DNA of 64,000 nucleotides from Isurus oxyrinchus (GCA_026770705.1 JANJGN010000557.1:186001-250000); one strand, 5' to 3'. Positions 23,371 to 37,290 are shown, numbered from the stretch's first letter. The notes: generated from the sequence alone by a model not told the origin. Program-made: numbers and translations.

Positions 23371-25619
23371 CTGATACAGAATGTTTTTAAGACCTGTTCA
23401 TGATTTCAGCTCAAAACCCAGGTAGATTCTCCCCAGTGAGGGAGTGGTGAGGGAGTGCTGCACTGTCGGAGGATCAGTACTGAGGGCGTGCTGCACTGTG
23501 AGAGGGTAAGTACTGAGGGAGTGCTGCACTGTCGGAGGATCAGTACTGAACACAATGTCCATTCAGAACAGCTCGGTCCCCGATCAGAGAAACAGCCTCA
23601 GACAGAACCAACTGACGCTGGAATCCATAAAATTCATCAACGTGTTGGGAATTAGTTTGATGTCGGAGATGGAGTGTTACTGGGAAGGAGGGAACCCGTC
23701 AGGATGAACAGCTCGATGTACGACAAGGAAAGGATGAGCTAAGAGGGGTTGGCCACGGACAGACGGAGCATGTGAAGACTCAACAACCTAATGGCAGGTG
23801 AAGAGCTGGAAAGGTGTCTTTTCAACGCAAGGTTTAGACACAGAACTCGATGTTTGATCGGGTCTTTCAAACCAGAGAAACTCTTTACAGGGTGAATGGA
23901 CCTGGTCAATAATCCATCCAGCCAACCTCGCCTGGAGATTAGTCCAATATTAGACACTAAACCTTGTCCCCCGTCTGCCCTCTCGGGTGGGTGTGAAAGA
24001 TTCCACAGCCACTATTTGGAGGAAGAGCAGGGGGGAGATCTCCCCGGTGTCCTGGGACCAGTATTTATCCCTCAACCAACATCACCAAAAACAGATGATC
24101 ACATTGCTGTTTGTGGGAGCATGCTGTGCGCTAATTGGCTGCTGCGTTTCCTACATTACAACAGTAACCACACTTCGAAAAAAGGGTGTACTCAACTGTA
24201 AAGTGTTCTGGGACATCCAGAGACCATGCTGTACAGAAGAGATTTGACAGGAGCAGCAAGTGTTTTACTTACAGGAGAATGAGTCCCCAGGGTTGTAGAG
24301 TCAATCCTGTCAGATGAATGTCTAACTGGAGACACTTCAGGGAGCTGATCTAATTCTGGAAATGTTCAGTTTAGCAGGATCGGAGGAGAGATGATCTTCC
24401 TCTCCTGACTGCATCGGACACGAGGTGAACTGGCTCTGGGAGGAGGGTCAGTGTTAACCCAGTTTTTCTGTGTTTGAGGGAGATGTGAAACTGGGGAAGT
24501 CAATTGGTTTTTTGGTGTGGTAACTCCATGTCTTTATTTGGTGCAGCACTCATTTAGTTCATGTCGTTGTTTCAATGCTACAAAACCACAGCGCATTCTG
24601 GACTATTTCTGCCTGACCTGCTGTCAGATACACACAGTCTGACAGAGAGGCGGAAAAGTGGTCCCTAGCAACGTGTGTAACTGTNNNNNNNNNNNNNNNN
24701 NNNNNNNNNNNNNNNNNNNNNNNNNNNNNNNNNNNNNNNNNNNNNNNNNNNNNNNNNNNNNNNNNNNNNNNNNNNNNNNNNNNNNNNNNNNNNNNNNNNN
24801 NNNNNNNNNNNNNNNNNNNNNNNNNNNNNNNNNNNNNNNNNNNNNNNNNNNNNNNNNNNNNNNNNNNNNNNNNNNNNNNNNNNNNNNNNNNNNNNNNNNN
24901 NNNNNNNCACTCTTTTGCACAAACACTCTTTCACGCACACACATGCACACACACATGCACACAAACGCACAAACTCACTCACACACAAACCCTCACACAC
25001 ACACAGACACAAACATTAGCACACACACACTCACACATGCACACATACTCTCAAACACACACTGTTTTGCACAAACACTTTCTCTTTCACACACACACAT
25101 ACACACACACTCTCTCTCTCACACACATGTTCTCTCTCACTCCCTGTCTCAAACACACAATCTCCCCCTCCCTCAAACACTCACACCATCTCTTTCTCGC
25201 ACACTCCCTCTCTCAAACACACACACCCTCTTTCTCAAACACACACACACACACGATCTCACACACACACTCTCACATACACAAACACTCTCTCACAGAC
25301 ACACACTCTGTTTTGCACACACACTATCTCACACGCACATTCTCTCTATCTTTCTCTCTCACACATAAATTCTCTCTCACTCTCACAGACGTTCTCTTTC
25401 TCTCACGCACACTCTCTCTCTCACACACACAAGCTACCTCCCTCTCTCATGCACACACACTCTACCTCTCTTTTGCTCTCTCACACATACACACTCTCAG
25501 TCTCTCACACATACATTGTCTCTCTCTCTCACATAAACGCACTCTCTCTCTCTGAGATGGAAGGTTGGGATTTTGAGACCGTCTCAAGGTTTCAGCTTAA
25601 AATGCGGACGGACTCTTCC

Positions 25620-25910
25620 CAGTGAGGGAGTGCTGCACTGTTGGAGGGTCAGTACTGAGGGAGTGCTGCACTGTCAGAGGGTCAGTACTGAGAGAGTGCT
25701 GCACTGTTGGAGGGTTAGCACTGAGGGAGTGCTGCACTTCCAGAGGGTCGGTACTGAGGGAGAGCTGCACTCCCAGAGGGTCAGTGCTGAGGGAGTGCTG
25801 CACTCCCAGAGGGTCAATACTGAAGGAGTGCTGCACTCTCAAAGGGTCAATGCTGAGGGAGTGCTGCACTGTCAGAGGGTGGGCACTGAGGGAATGCTGC
25901 TCTGTCAGAC
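25620..25910. repeat. 33-bp minisatellite (reverse orientation)
   Basis: GAGGGAGTGCTGCACTGTCAGAGGGTCAGTACT units; a shorter array at 23440-23550. Confidence 0.88.
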
Positions 25911-26312
25911 CTGCCATATTTCAGATGACATTTGAAATTAGCAACATGCCTCATGTATAATTATATATCATCAGCTCAAAATAAATAGATTATTCCTGTA
26001 CGTTTCACTTTACTGTAAATTGTTTGCAGTTTCATTTCCTTAGAAACCAGGCTTGTGTGATCACTATTTTTAAATAACGTTAATAATAAAGATGCAACAA
26101 TCCACACGCACACATGTACACACACACACACATTCACTCACAAGGGTACATAGACAGACACACACTCACNNNNNNNNNNNNNNNNNNNNNNNNNNNNNNN
26201 NNNNNNNNNNNNNNNNNNNNNNNNNNNNNNNNNNNNNNNNNNNNNNNNNNNNNNNNNNNNNNNNNNNNNNNNNNNNNNNNNNNNNNNNNNNNNNNNNNNN
26301 NNNNNNNNNNNN

Positions 26313-28505
26313 TTAGAGTCCAATAAAAATTTAAAAGAATATATGATTAATACAATTGCTTGTCTTTGAGGTGCAGATTGTTGACGTTTGCAGCTGTTCA
26401 AGGTTAATTGGTTTCCTGTGGCATCCTGGTGGTGATTTGATTCAGATTTGCACTTTGTTGAAGATGCGCTGTTAGCTTCAGAAAGAGAGAGAGAGAGAGA
26501 GAATTTCTGCTCTTTTCCAGCAGTGTTTTTGAGTGACTGCCATCTTTCTTTTTCCTCCTACTTTCTCTTATATCTGCTTGACAGAACCTGTTGTTAAACT
26601 CCTGTCTGTATATTCCCAAAGGGAATTCGATCAGCATGTCTTGCATTCATTGTCGCAGACCAAGTAATCCCTTTTTTGATCTTTGCATCTCTGAAACATT
26701 TGATGCATTTCAAGATATAAATCAACAGGAGATGGAGGCATTTCATCCTCCACAAGGGGTTTTGAATGACTGATGAATATCTGCATGGTGAGCAGTTCCC
26801 ATTAGCTTGATAGACCTACAGTGATCAGAGTCCAGCGCTTTGCATTTTTAATGGAGCCCCTGTTTCAAGTGGACCCTGACACACCTCAGTGAGAACTTTC
26901 ATGCAACATGTCTGTAGTGCAATTCATTTGAAGCTTTCCAGAGAAGTGATCAAGTTTGCAGTATCAGCAATCAGGTGACTCGTGACAGCCATTTTTGATC
27001 AATGCCTAATCTTGTACTTTTGAAAAACAGGTCTCCTTTAAACAGTTCAATACATTTTTGGCTCGTTGGTTAAGTTGAAGGAAGCTCTGTTATGACATAA
27101 CAGATGGTAAATGCTGAGCTGTTCAAATCCTGGAGGGAAACTTGAAACAACTGTCACAACTAATTTCCAACTTGTATGTTTTGAGATGTGGGCTTTGAAT
27201 TCAGTAGTAATGAGATTAAGATGTTTAAGAGGTAATTATGGTTGGTTGACAAAAAGGGTTTAAAATATATTTTCCCCCAAATGCAATTTCCAAAGCAAGT
27301 CTCTTTGATTGTTAAGAATGAACCAATTAAACCACGTATGGTGGAGTCAAAGAAAGAGTAAGTTTATTAGTTACCTAACTGGAGGAAAAATAATNNNNNN
27401 NNNNNNNNNNNNNNNNNNNNNNNNNNNNNNNNNNNNNNNNNNNNNNNNNNNNNNNNNNNNNNNNNNNNNNNNNNNNNNNNNNNNNNNNNNNNNNNNNNNN
27501 NNNNNNNNNNNNNNNNNNNNNNNNNNNNNNNNNNNNNNNNNGACAGACAAATGCGCANNNNNNNNNNNNNNNNNNNNNNNNNNNNNNNNNNNNNNNNNNN
27601 NNNNNNNNNNNNNNNNNNNNNNNNNNNNNNNNNNNNNNNNNNNNNNNNNNNNNNNNNNNNNNNNNNNNNNNNNNNNNNNNNNNNNNNNNNNNNNNNNNNN
27701 NNNNNNNNNNNNNNNATAATTATAGAGTCCAATAAAAAATTAAAAGAGTCGTTTGCTTGTACTACAGCGTAGGCTGTGAAGTTTGAAGCTGTTTTAAATT
27801 AGTTGGTTTTCTGTAGATTCCTGTATTTTATCTGGCTCAGACTTGCACATTGTTGAAGACATTCTGTTAGCTTCAGACAGAGAGAGAAAGAGGGAGAAAT
27901 CATTTCTGCTCTTTTCCAGCAGTGTTTGTGGAAGACTGCCATATTTCTTTTTCCCCTCCTTTCTCTTATATCTGCTTGGCAGAACCATTTGTTAAACTCC
28001 TGTCTGTATATCCCTGAAGTCAATTCGATCAGCATGTTTTGCATTCATTGTTATAGACCAAGTATTCCCATTTTTTTATCTTTGCATCTCTGAAACCTTT
28101 GATGCATTTCAAGATATAAATCAACAGGAGACGGGGGTATTGTATCCTCCACAGGGGGTTTTGAATGGTTGATGATTATCCGCTTGGTGAGCAGTTCCCA
28201 ATGTTTTGATTGAACTACAGCTGATCAAAGTCCAGCACTTTACATTTTAATGCCTTCCTTTTAAGAGTGTCTCTATTTGAAGTGGACCCTGACACACCCC
28301 AGGCGTGAACTTCCATGCAACAGGTCTGCAGTGCAATTCATTTGAACCTTTCCAGAGAAGTGATCAACTTCACAGTATCAGCAATCAGGTGACTTGTGTC
28401 AGCCATTTTTGATCTGTGTACAATCTTGTATTTCTTTGAAAAACAGGTCGCTTTTAGACAGTTCAATATGTCTTTGGTCTCTTAGTTAAGTTGTAGGAAG
28501 CTCTT
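26313..28505. repeat. Direct duplication of an approx. 770-bp unit of unknown identity (26313-27088 and 27722-28505)
   Basis: Both copies begin TAGAGTCCAATAAAAA and end GTTAAGTTG.AGGAAGCTCT; parallel ORFs 26404..26646 and 27799..28044. Confidence 0.8.
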
Positions 28506-29529
28506 AATCGCAGTTTGTTGTCATTGGGATATTGTCTTTGTGTGTGTGTTTGTGTGTGTGAGTGAGTGTGTGAGTGAATGTGTGTGTGTGAGTGAATGTG
28601 TGTGTGTGTGTGAATGTGTGTGTTTGTGTCTGTCTGNNNNNNNNNNNNNNNNNNNNNNNNNNNNNNNNNNNNNNNNNNNNNNNNNNNNNNNNNNNNNNNN
28701 NNNNNNNNNNNNNNNNNNNNNNNNNNNNNNNNNNNNNNNNNNNNNNNNNNNNNNNNNNNNNNNNNNNNNNNNNNNNNNNNNNNNNNNNNNNNNNNNNNNN
28801 NNNNNNNNNNNNNNNNNNNNNNNNNNNNNNNNNNNNNNNNNNNNNNNNNNNNNNNNNNNNNNNNNNNNNNNNNNNNNNACAGAGTGAAACCTCCTTGAGT
28901 CTGGCCACTGTGTTTAACATTTAAGCCACACAGACAGGATGTGGTTAAAAGGTGAAACCACAAGGAGTGAGTGACTTTCTCAGTGACTGTCTCTCTGTGG
29001 GTTTCCTGTGGGTTTCTGTGAACTGCCTGTGGTTTTAAAAAGAATCTTCCAACCCCACATGCACGGCATCAAATAAGGATTTGGAAGCTGCTGCTCAGAG
29101 AGTAACTAGTCCCCCGAGAATTCACAGCCCCTCAAACACAGATTAGCAGCATTAATCCTGACCGTCAGCCCACTCACTCATTGCCTCTTGTCTCAGACAC
29201 TAGAAAGTGGAAGTTAAGGCCGGATTTTCACTCCCGGGTCGGGGGACACAGAGACGGCAGGAAAAAATAACATAATATGTCTCGAGCACACAGAGCTCCA
29301 AGGGAAGGGTCGTGCTGCAGCTAAGGTGTGAGACATGGCACATTCCCCGGATGCAGCATTGAGGCTTGTATGTCTACACAGCTGATGTAGGTGCACATGG
29401 AACACATGTGAATGAGCACTGTGATGCACACACACCCTGGAGAGTAATATCCCTCCATGCACTACATATCAGGCTAACATCAACTCATGTTGTCATTGCT
29501 GAATCACAGGGTTGAAGCAGGTCACAGAG

Positions 29530-29750
29530 ACGGCTCATCTTAAACCCCTCGATTAGATCACCCCTTAATCTTCGAGACTCGAGGGAACACAAGCCTGGTC
29601 TGTGCAACCTGTCCTCGGGATTTAACCCTTTCAGCCCCGGGATCATTCTGGTGACTCTGCACAGCACCCCCTCCAAGGACAATATATCCTCCCCGAGGTG
29701 CCGGACCCAGAACTGAACCCAGTGACACCAGATTGGGTGTGAGGGGACCT
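29530..29750 (-). mobile_element. CR1-type LINE fragment
   Basis: RMIPGLKGLNPEDRLHRPGLCSLESRRLRGDLIEGFK. Confidence 0.75.
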
Positions 29751-30184
29751 TAATAAAACTGTGCCAGACACTTCAAAACTCTCTTCAATTCAACCTTGTA
29801 AACGCAGTAGGAAAAATCCCACGGGGCCATTGTATCTTAGTAACATCGTAAACTTGGCCAAAAGAATCCCCCTGGTCACCCCTGAGTGTTACTAATATTG
29901 TAAACACAACGTTTCCAGCTCCTCCAGTCTCTGAGAAGCAAAACTAGGACACTAAAGCACCACCACTGGTAGGAGGCTGTAATTACAGTGTGACATGTTT
30001 ACATGAGAATGTTCCATTACCAATGACACAGGAATTTAAATAATCAGAAGGACATGTGACAACAGGAAGTGGTGCCTTGCAGAATGGAATTATTCACTAG
30101 AGTACGTATTTAATTTGATAAAAATGTACAGAAATGTCAGGGCATTTTAATAGCTTCTTTTTTGTATTCATTCACTGACACTGG

Positions 30185-31236
30185 CTAGGCCAGAATTTAT
30201 TGCCCATCCCTAATTGTCCTTGAGAATATGGGGGTGAGCTGCCTTCTTGAGCTGCTGCAGTCCCTGTGGTATATGTACACCCACAGAACTGTTTGGGAGG
30301 GAGTTGCAGGATTCTGACCCAGCGACAGTGAAGGAACGGTGATATATTTCCAAGTCAGGATGGTGAGTGACTTGGAGGGGAACTTCCAGGTGGTGGTGTT
30401 CCCATGTGTCTGCTGCCCTTGTCCTTCGAGATGGTAGTGATCATGTGTTTGGAAGGTGCTGTCTAAGGAGGCTTGGTGACTCCCTGCGTTGCATCTTGTA
30501 GATGGTACACACCCTGCTGCCACTGTGCGTCAGTTGTAGAGGGAGAGAATGTTTGTGGATGGGGTGCAAATCAAGCAGGCCTGCTTTGTCCTGGACGGTG
30601 TCGAGCATCTTGAGTGTTGTTGGAGCTGGACTCATCTAGGCAGGTGGAGAGTATTCCATCACACTCCTGACCTGTGCCTTAAGGTTGGTGGACAGGCTTT
30701 GGGGAGTCAGGAGGTGAGTTACTCACCACAGGATTCCCAGGCTCTGGCCTGCTCTTGTAGTCACAGTATTTATATGTCTAGTCCAGTTCAGTTTCTAGTC
30801 AATGTTAACTCCCAGCGTGTTGATAGTGGGGGATTCAGCAATGGTAATGCCATTGGACATTAAGGGGAGATGGATATAATCTCTCTGGTTGGAGATGTTC
30901 ATTGCCTGGCACTTGTGTGGCATGAATGTTACTTGCCACTTGTCAGGCCAAGCCTGGATATTGTCCAGGTCTTGCTGCATTTGGACATGGACTGCTTCAG
31001 CATCTGATGAGTCATGAATGATGTTGAACGTTGTGCAATCATCAGCGACCTTCCATAATTCTGACCATCTGATAGAATGAATGTCATTGATGAAGCAGCT
31101 GAAGATGGTTGGGCCTAGGACACTACACTGAGCAACTCCTGCAGTGATATCCTGGAACTGAGATGACTGACCTCCAACAACCACAACCACCTTCCTTTGT
31201 ACTTGGTATGAATCCAACGAGTGGAGAGTTTTCCCT
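30185..31236 (-). mobile_element. CR1/L2-superfamily LINE 3' portion; continues at 32131-32230 after an insertion
   Basis: GVAQCSVLGPTIFSCFINDI...ADDCT RT motifs; same family as 7085-9030. Confidence 0.85.
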
Positions 31237-32130
31237 GTGACATGACATGGCAGATGATGTGTGCTTGGTTCTCCAAATCCACAAGGGAAAATTGGTCATT
31301 CTATCACAATAGTTTTGCAATTTGTATTTATTACAAGAAGCGTGCACTGAATTCAGGAGTAATGAGTTGACCACAACCTTTAGAGATTTTAAAAATTGGA
31401 TTAAGATATTTATTAACAAAATAAAAGATTTCAAGCACAGACATAATACCACGGTTAGTTACAGCTAAAATAAATTCTCAAATTCCTAATTAACCTGACT
31501 CCCAGTTACAGAGCCCGTTTAAGGCAACAGTCCAAAATAAGATTTTAGATTAAAAACAAACCCAGCGAGTTAACACAGCACACACTTGACACTGGAATTC
31601 TAAATGGGTTTCTCCAACTTTATTTACTGAACATAACAGACTTATGCACAAATGCCTGGAGGCTTCTTCAAGCCTGTTTCACACACTCCTGTTAGATCTT
31701 ACATGGCCCCCAACATAGCCTTTCATTCTCCTTTATACATGTTTCTCTCTCTTTGATGTGTAAATTCTTTGGAACTGTACCTTTCCCATAATATAAACTT
31801 TCATGTTGCCAATATTGTCAATGAAGTTTGGGTAAAATTAAAAAAAAACTCCTTAGCTTTGCTTATTGGGCTTGTCCTAAACAGACCGACATCCCTTTGA
31901 AATCTAAACAACCCCTTCACACCTTACATGCTAAGGCAGACTCCATGTGTTCTCATTAGCATTTCAAGTACATTTCTACATCTAGCTTCTTTTGATAATC
32001 TCAAACTTGCAGTGTACCTGTCTCCAGATGTAATTAAACTACACAGACAGACACATCTACACTCACACCCAGAAACCTAGTTTACAACAAACCAGGAAAA
32101 TAGTATGCAAATTATTATACTTTCGTACCA
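31237..32130. mobile_element. About 890-bp insertion splitting the LINE; possible solo LTR
   Basis: The LINE sequence GGAGAGTTTTCCC|CCCTGATTCCCATTGACTCC (contiguous at about 8310-8345) is interrupted here. The insert begins TG and ends CA. Confidence 0.55.
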
Positions 32131-32422
32131 CCCCTGATTCCCATTGACTCCAGTTTTGCTCGGGATCCTAGATGCCACACTCGGTTAAATGCAGCCTTGA
32201 TGTCAAAGGCAGTCACTCTCACCTCACCTTGTATTAACAGATGTAAAATTATAGATAATTCATAAGCTTCTCACAATCTTTTACAGCATGGAAAAAGGTA
32301 CAGCATACAGAAAGCTCACTCAGAACCAATAAAAAAAAAGTTGAGCAACATCATATTTGTGTTCATTACTATTTGGCCATGTTGGCTGCACACACCCCAC
32401 AGCCCCACTCCCTGTTTTACAC

Positions 32423-32671
32423 TCAGTTTTTCTGGAACCTGATCTGTGCGTATTCTGTGTCCTCGCTCCTGTGCACAGTCCTGTCACCGCTGGGCAGCTT
32501 TGAAAAGTTGATGTTGGCGTAGAGAATCTCGTCGGGTTTGTCAGGATTCCCATGTCCAGCATCACCTCCCACTGGACCTTCAGAGAGACCCAGGGGAGCT
32601 GGGGTCTCCCCCTCACTAGTTGTGTCTCTGGTTGTGTTCCGGGGCTCAGTAATCAGCACGTTCTGTTTACC
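32423..32671 (-). CDS. Gene A terminal exon: cytoplasmic tail with ITIM (ILYANI) and ITSM-like (TEYAQI) motifs
   Basis: Acceptor ctgtag, phase 0. GKQNVLITEP...DEILYANINFSKLPSGDRTVHRSEDTEYAQIRFQKN*. Motif pair typical of CD33-related Siglec tails. Confidence 0.9.
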   Translation of the reverse strand, partial: GKQNVLITEPRNTTRDTTSEGETPAPLGLSEGPVGGDAGHGNPDKPDEILYANINFSKLPSGDRTVHRSEDTEYAQIRFQKN

Positions 32672-32974
32672 CTACAGAGAAATGGAAACAGAAGACATCC
32701 TCACATCATTTACTGGTACTGATAGGGTTAAATTATTGTGCAGCCTCGTTAGTGTCATTCGTGGCTCAGAGCGTTTAACCCTTTTTTTCAAAGACATCCA
32801 AAGAACCTCACGCAAATGAAGAAATTTTTGTTGAAGGGTGTCACTGCTATAGTGTTGGAAATGTGGCCGTGGGATCTTATACGACCACCTGAGAGGGTAA
32901 ACATGGTCAGCATTATACAACTGTTCTGAAAGACAGCACCTTGAACACTACAATGTACTCTCAGTGCTGGCTTC

Positions 32975-33560
32975 TGACAGTGCGGCACTCCCTCACAACT
33001 GCCTCTTCGAGAAGGCAGCACCACTTGAATATTGACTATTCGACAGTGCAGCACCCCCTCAGTACTGACCCTCGCACAGTGCAGCACTCCCTCAGTACTG
33101 ACACTCCAACAGTGCAGCGCTCCCTCAGTACTGACCCTCCGACAGTGCAGCACTCCCTCACTACTGACCCTCCGACAGTGCAGCACTGCCTCAGTACTGA
33201 CACTCCGACAGTGCAACACTCCCTCAGTACTGACCCTCCGACAGTGCAGCACTCCCTCAGTACTGACCCTCTGACAGTGCAGCACTCCCTCAGTACCTAC
33301 CCTCCGACAGTGCAGCACTCCCTCAGTAGTGAAGCTCCGACAGTGCAGCACTCCCTCAGTACCTACCCTCCGACAGTGCAGCACTGCCTCAGTACTGACA
33401 CTCCGACAGTGCAGCACTCCCTCAGTACCTACCCTCCGACAGTTCAGCACTCCCTCAGTACTGACCCTCCGACAGTGCAGCACTGCCTCAGTACTGACAC
33501 TCTGACAGTGCAGCACTCCCTCAGTACCTACCCTCCGACAGTGCAGCACTCCCTCAGTAG
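32975..33560. repeat. 33-bp minisatellite in the last intron of gene A
   Basis: About 17 units. Confidence 0.93.
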
Positions 33561-33778
33561 TGACATCAGGTGCCTTATGATTATTGTGTTCAGGTCTCTG
33601 GACAAAGAGCGAGTGATGGAGGGAGAGAGGGGGAAGGGACCGACAGTCAATATTACCTACTGAGCCATTGCTGACTCCACAGGTAGATATCTGTGGGTAA
33701 CTGGGTTGGGAATCTGGGACATGTGTTGTCTACACACTGAGATAGAAGCTTTGGAGTGAGTGTAAACAGCTCCTGTAC

Positions 33779-33860
33779 CTGGTGCTTCACAGAGAGTGGA
33801 CTGGGGCTCAATGCAATGTCACTGGTCCCTAAAACTCTCTCCTCCATCGCTGTCTTTCTC
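33779..33860 (-). CDS. Gene A cytoplasmic exon 1
   Basis: 82 nt, ttgcag/gtacag, phase 2 to 0. RKTAMEERVLGTSDIALSPSPLSVKHQ; conserved paralog at 59041-59122. Confidence 0.8.
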
Positions 33861-34531
33861 CTGCAATAACACAATATCACACTGTGGTTATCATATAGCA
33901 GAGAGTCAGTGCAGCACAGACACAGAGCCCACTGTAACCTTACACAAACGACTGGACTGTCTCCAGTTGCAATAAGGGATATCAGCGTGATATCACTATA
34001 ATGGAAGTGTGTCATGTGATCCAATTTTGCCTGACCCCTCCACCCCTGCTCTTCCCCCCATAGCCCTTCAAATGTTCCCCCTTCAAGTATTTATCCAATT
34101 CCCCTTTTGAAAGTTCCTATTGAATCTGCTTCCACCGCCCTTTCAGGCAGCACCTTCCAGATCACAGCAACTGATTATTATTCATCTGGATAACGGGCAA
34201 TGAAAAACACTCTCTGGATCATAACGGATAAAGAGACCAGTTAGGGAGAGGCATCTGGCGCTTAACACAAGGGAAACAATCACCGACTTCAGGAAAGAAC
34301 ATTGAAGCAAATGTTTATCCAGGAGTAATCGTGCAGAGTGAGGAATCTCTGAGTCTCGTGATTGTTTACTGGATACAGGACAATGAAAGGTTCTCTCCTG
34401 ATCATAGTGGACACAGGGATCACTTACAGAGAGGGACCTGGTGCTGATCCCAAGGGAAACAATCACCGACTTCAGGAAAGAACATTGAAGCAAATGTTTA
34501 TATTAAAATCAAGTTAAATCTTCAGACTTAC

Positions 34532-34628
34532 TTTCTCACACAGATGAAGATGAAGATTCCAGCCAGGAAAACACTCAACATGATCCCAGCCGTGAACAAT
34601 CCTACTGTCCATTTACTGGAGTCTCTAC
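34532..34628 (-). CDS. Gene A transmembrane exon (uncharged TM)
   Basis: 97 nt, tttacag/gtaag, phase 1 to 2. RDSSKWTVGLFTAGIMLSVFLAGIFIFICVRK. Confidence 0.88.
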
Positions 34629-35445
34629 CTGTAAAAACAGCCATTAATTACTGCACTACAGGTTTACAATGATGCTCCGATGTATCTCGAGAAGCGATAC
34701 ACTCACTCAATGTTTAAATACTCATTCTCGGGCAATGCTGACATTTATTGTCCATCACTAGTTTCCCTTTGAGATGGTGGTGGGGGGTCTTGTTCCTGAA
34801 CCACTGGTTTGTCCCAAACTGGGAGAGCAGTTCAGAGGGCAGGTAAGAGTTAACCATGCTGGTGTCTGAGACTGGAGTCACATCCACATCGAGACATGCT
34901 TCCCTCCCTAAAGGGTATGTAGTCTCTACACATGTAACAACCAACCTCACTAAAATAGTCGACTATCAGGTCATTATCACACGATGGATTGCGGGATCTT
35001 GCTGTGCACAAATCAGTACCTGTGTTTCCTACATTTCAACAGTGAGCTCACTTCGCTATTGCTTCATTGTCTGTTGAATGTTTAGTAATTTCTAAGCAAT
35101 TTATGAATACAAGTGTTGCATTTCAAAGTAATCCATGTAACGTTTATATATAATATTTATCAATTAAAGAATGAGAAGTTCAGCAATTAAAAGGGTTGTT
35201 CAGGACAGTTAGAGAGAGAAAGGTCGTCAAGTACGGAGATTGGAAACGAAGACCTGACAGCCTTGTCCTCACAACCATTGAAGGAGAAACTGAGAGCAAA
35301 AACAGAAAGGGAGAGGAAAAATTGGGTGTGTGGATAACGTGGACTGAGCGAGGATTGAAGAAAACTGGATTAAAAACAACACGATCCCAATGGCTCCACG
35401 GAGACCACGGAGACAACAAACAAACAAATGTATCTCCACACTCAC

Positions 35446-35727
35446 ATTCCACAGTGATGGTTATGAACCCCTCCACTGCTCCATGTTCATTCTCTGCCAC
35501 ACACTGATAGTCTCCAGTGTCCCTGGATGTAACGTGAGGAATCACCAACCACAGCTCATTGTTGGAACTTGTTCTGTTCATTGGGATATTAAGATGTCGC
35601 CACGTCAGGTTAGAAGCTGGGAAGCTCTCGACAGAGCAGATTATCACTGTAGAATTCCCCTCAATTATATTGATCGATGAAGCGTTAATCATATCAAGAG
35701 AAGTAAATAAGAGATTCTGTGGAGCAT
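35446..35727 (-). CDS. Gene A Ig stalk exon 8
   Basis: 282 nt, phase 1-1, tag/gtgag. APQNLLFTSLDMINASS...ICSVESFPASNLTW...GDYQCVAENEHG...ITVE. Confidence 0.87.
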
Positions 35728-36218
35728 CTAAGAACAAATCAAGTGTTTAATGTGAGCAAGCACAGTTTACAGCAAGACTCCATGCATTATCTCTCTGTAT
35801 CTGATGTCTGTATGCATAGCCAGGTCCCTCCACTCCATATGACTTCCACTGTCAAATTTATAATGGGCACTGCCTATGTAAACAGTCAAACTGCAGTTAC
35901 ATTCTCCCACCATTAGAGGCGCTGTCCACCTAGAATGAAAGGAATTTGCTTTCACATCCTCAGGATGTCCCCAAGGGCTTGACAGGCAATGATTGTATTT
36001 GATCGATGGAGCACTGAGGGGTAAATCTACAATTCTCTGTTCAGGAGGTTGCTCATCCAATTCAGGGACTTGTTGATCTGTAGTTTACCTTCGTTCCATC
36101 CAGAATTGGAGCTGATCCCGAGACTCCAGTGCAGTGAGTGCTTGTGTGTGCATGTGGGTGTGCATTTGTGTATATGTGTTCAAATCTGAGAGAGATGTTG
36201 AATTCTGTGTACACTCAC

Positions 36219-36500
36219 ATTCCCCAGTGATGGTTATGAATCCCTCCACTGCTCCATGTTCATTCTCTGCCACACACTGATAGTCTCCAGTGTCCCTGGA
36301 TGTAACGTGAGGAATCACCAACCACAGCTCATTGTTGGAACTTGTTCTGTTCATTTGGACATTAAGATGTTGCCACGTCAGGTTAGAAGCTGGGAAGCTC
36401 TCGACAGAGCAGATTATCACTGCAGAATTCCCCTCAATTATATTGATCGATGAAACGTTAATCATATCCAGAGAAGTAATTAAGAGATTCCGTGGTGCGT
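36219..36500 (-). CDS. Gene A Ig stalk exon 7
   Basis: 282-nt open exon, canonical splice sites. Confidence 0.87.
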
Positions 36501-37290
36501 CTAAAAATAAATAAAGATTTTAATGTGAGCAAGCATAGTGCACAGCAAGACTCCATGCATCATCTCTCTGTATCTGATATTGGAATGCATTTCCAGGTAC
36601 CTTCCCTCAGGAAAAAATACTGTCACATTTATAATGGGCATTTCCTATGTAAACTGTCACACTGCAGTTGCATTCTCCCACCAGTAGAGTTGCTGTCCAT
36701 CTAGAATGAAAGAAACATCCTTTAACACTCTCAAGATGCCCCCAAGGGATTGAAAGCCATTGAATTGTATTTGATTGATGGAGCACTGAGGGGTAAATCT
36801 ACCATTCTCTGTTCAGGAGGTTGCTCATCCAATTCAGGGTCTTGTTGATCTGGAGTTTACCTTCCTTCAACACAGAATCGAAGCTGATACCAAGACTCCA
36901 GTGCGGCCCTGAGAGAGAAGAGGGACCTCACGCGTGTTTATGTGTATGTGTTTGTGTTTGTACATATGTGAGTATGTTTGTGTGAGTATGCATGCATGTG
37001 TCTGTGTGTGCATGTATGTGTTTGCGCATATGTGAGTGTGTTTTTGTGTATATTTCTGTGCATGAGTGAATGTGTGTACATGTGTATGTGTATGTGTGTG
37101 CATGTGTGAGTGTGTGTGTGTGAGTTGAGTGTGTGTATGTTTCTGTGTATATTTTTGCATGCGTATGTTTGTGTGTGTAAATGTGCATGTATGTGTCTAC
37201 ACGAGTGCATGTTGTGTTTTTGTGTGTGTGTGTGTGTGTGTGTCTGTGTGTGTCTGTGTGAGAGTGATGTTGAAGTTTGCAGTAACTCAC

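Noticed and set aside
24624-28963. ORFs spanning N runs and HT/CV-rich ORFs
   Set aside because: Artifacts of gaps or masking and CA/GT microsatellites.
32788-33663. Long ORFs (240-309 aa) here and at 60403-61332, 5059-5786 and 25573-25960
   Set aside because: They are translations of the 33-bp satellite (unit divisible by 3, open on both strands), not genes.
34190-34500. Approx. 180-bp tandem duplication in the intron after the TM exon
   Set aside because: Real, but I see no splice signals or coding pattern suggesting function.
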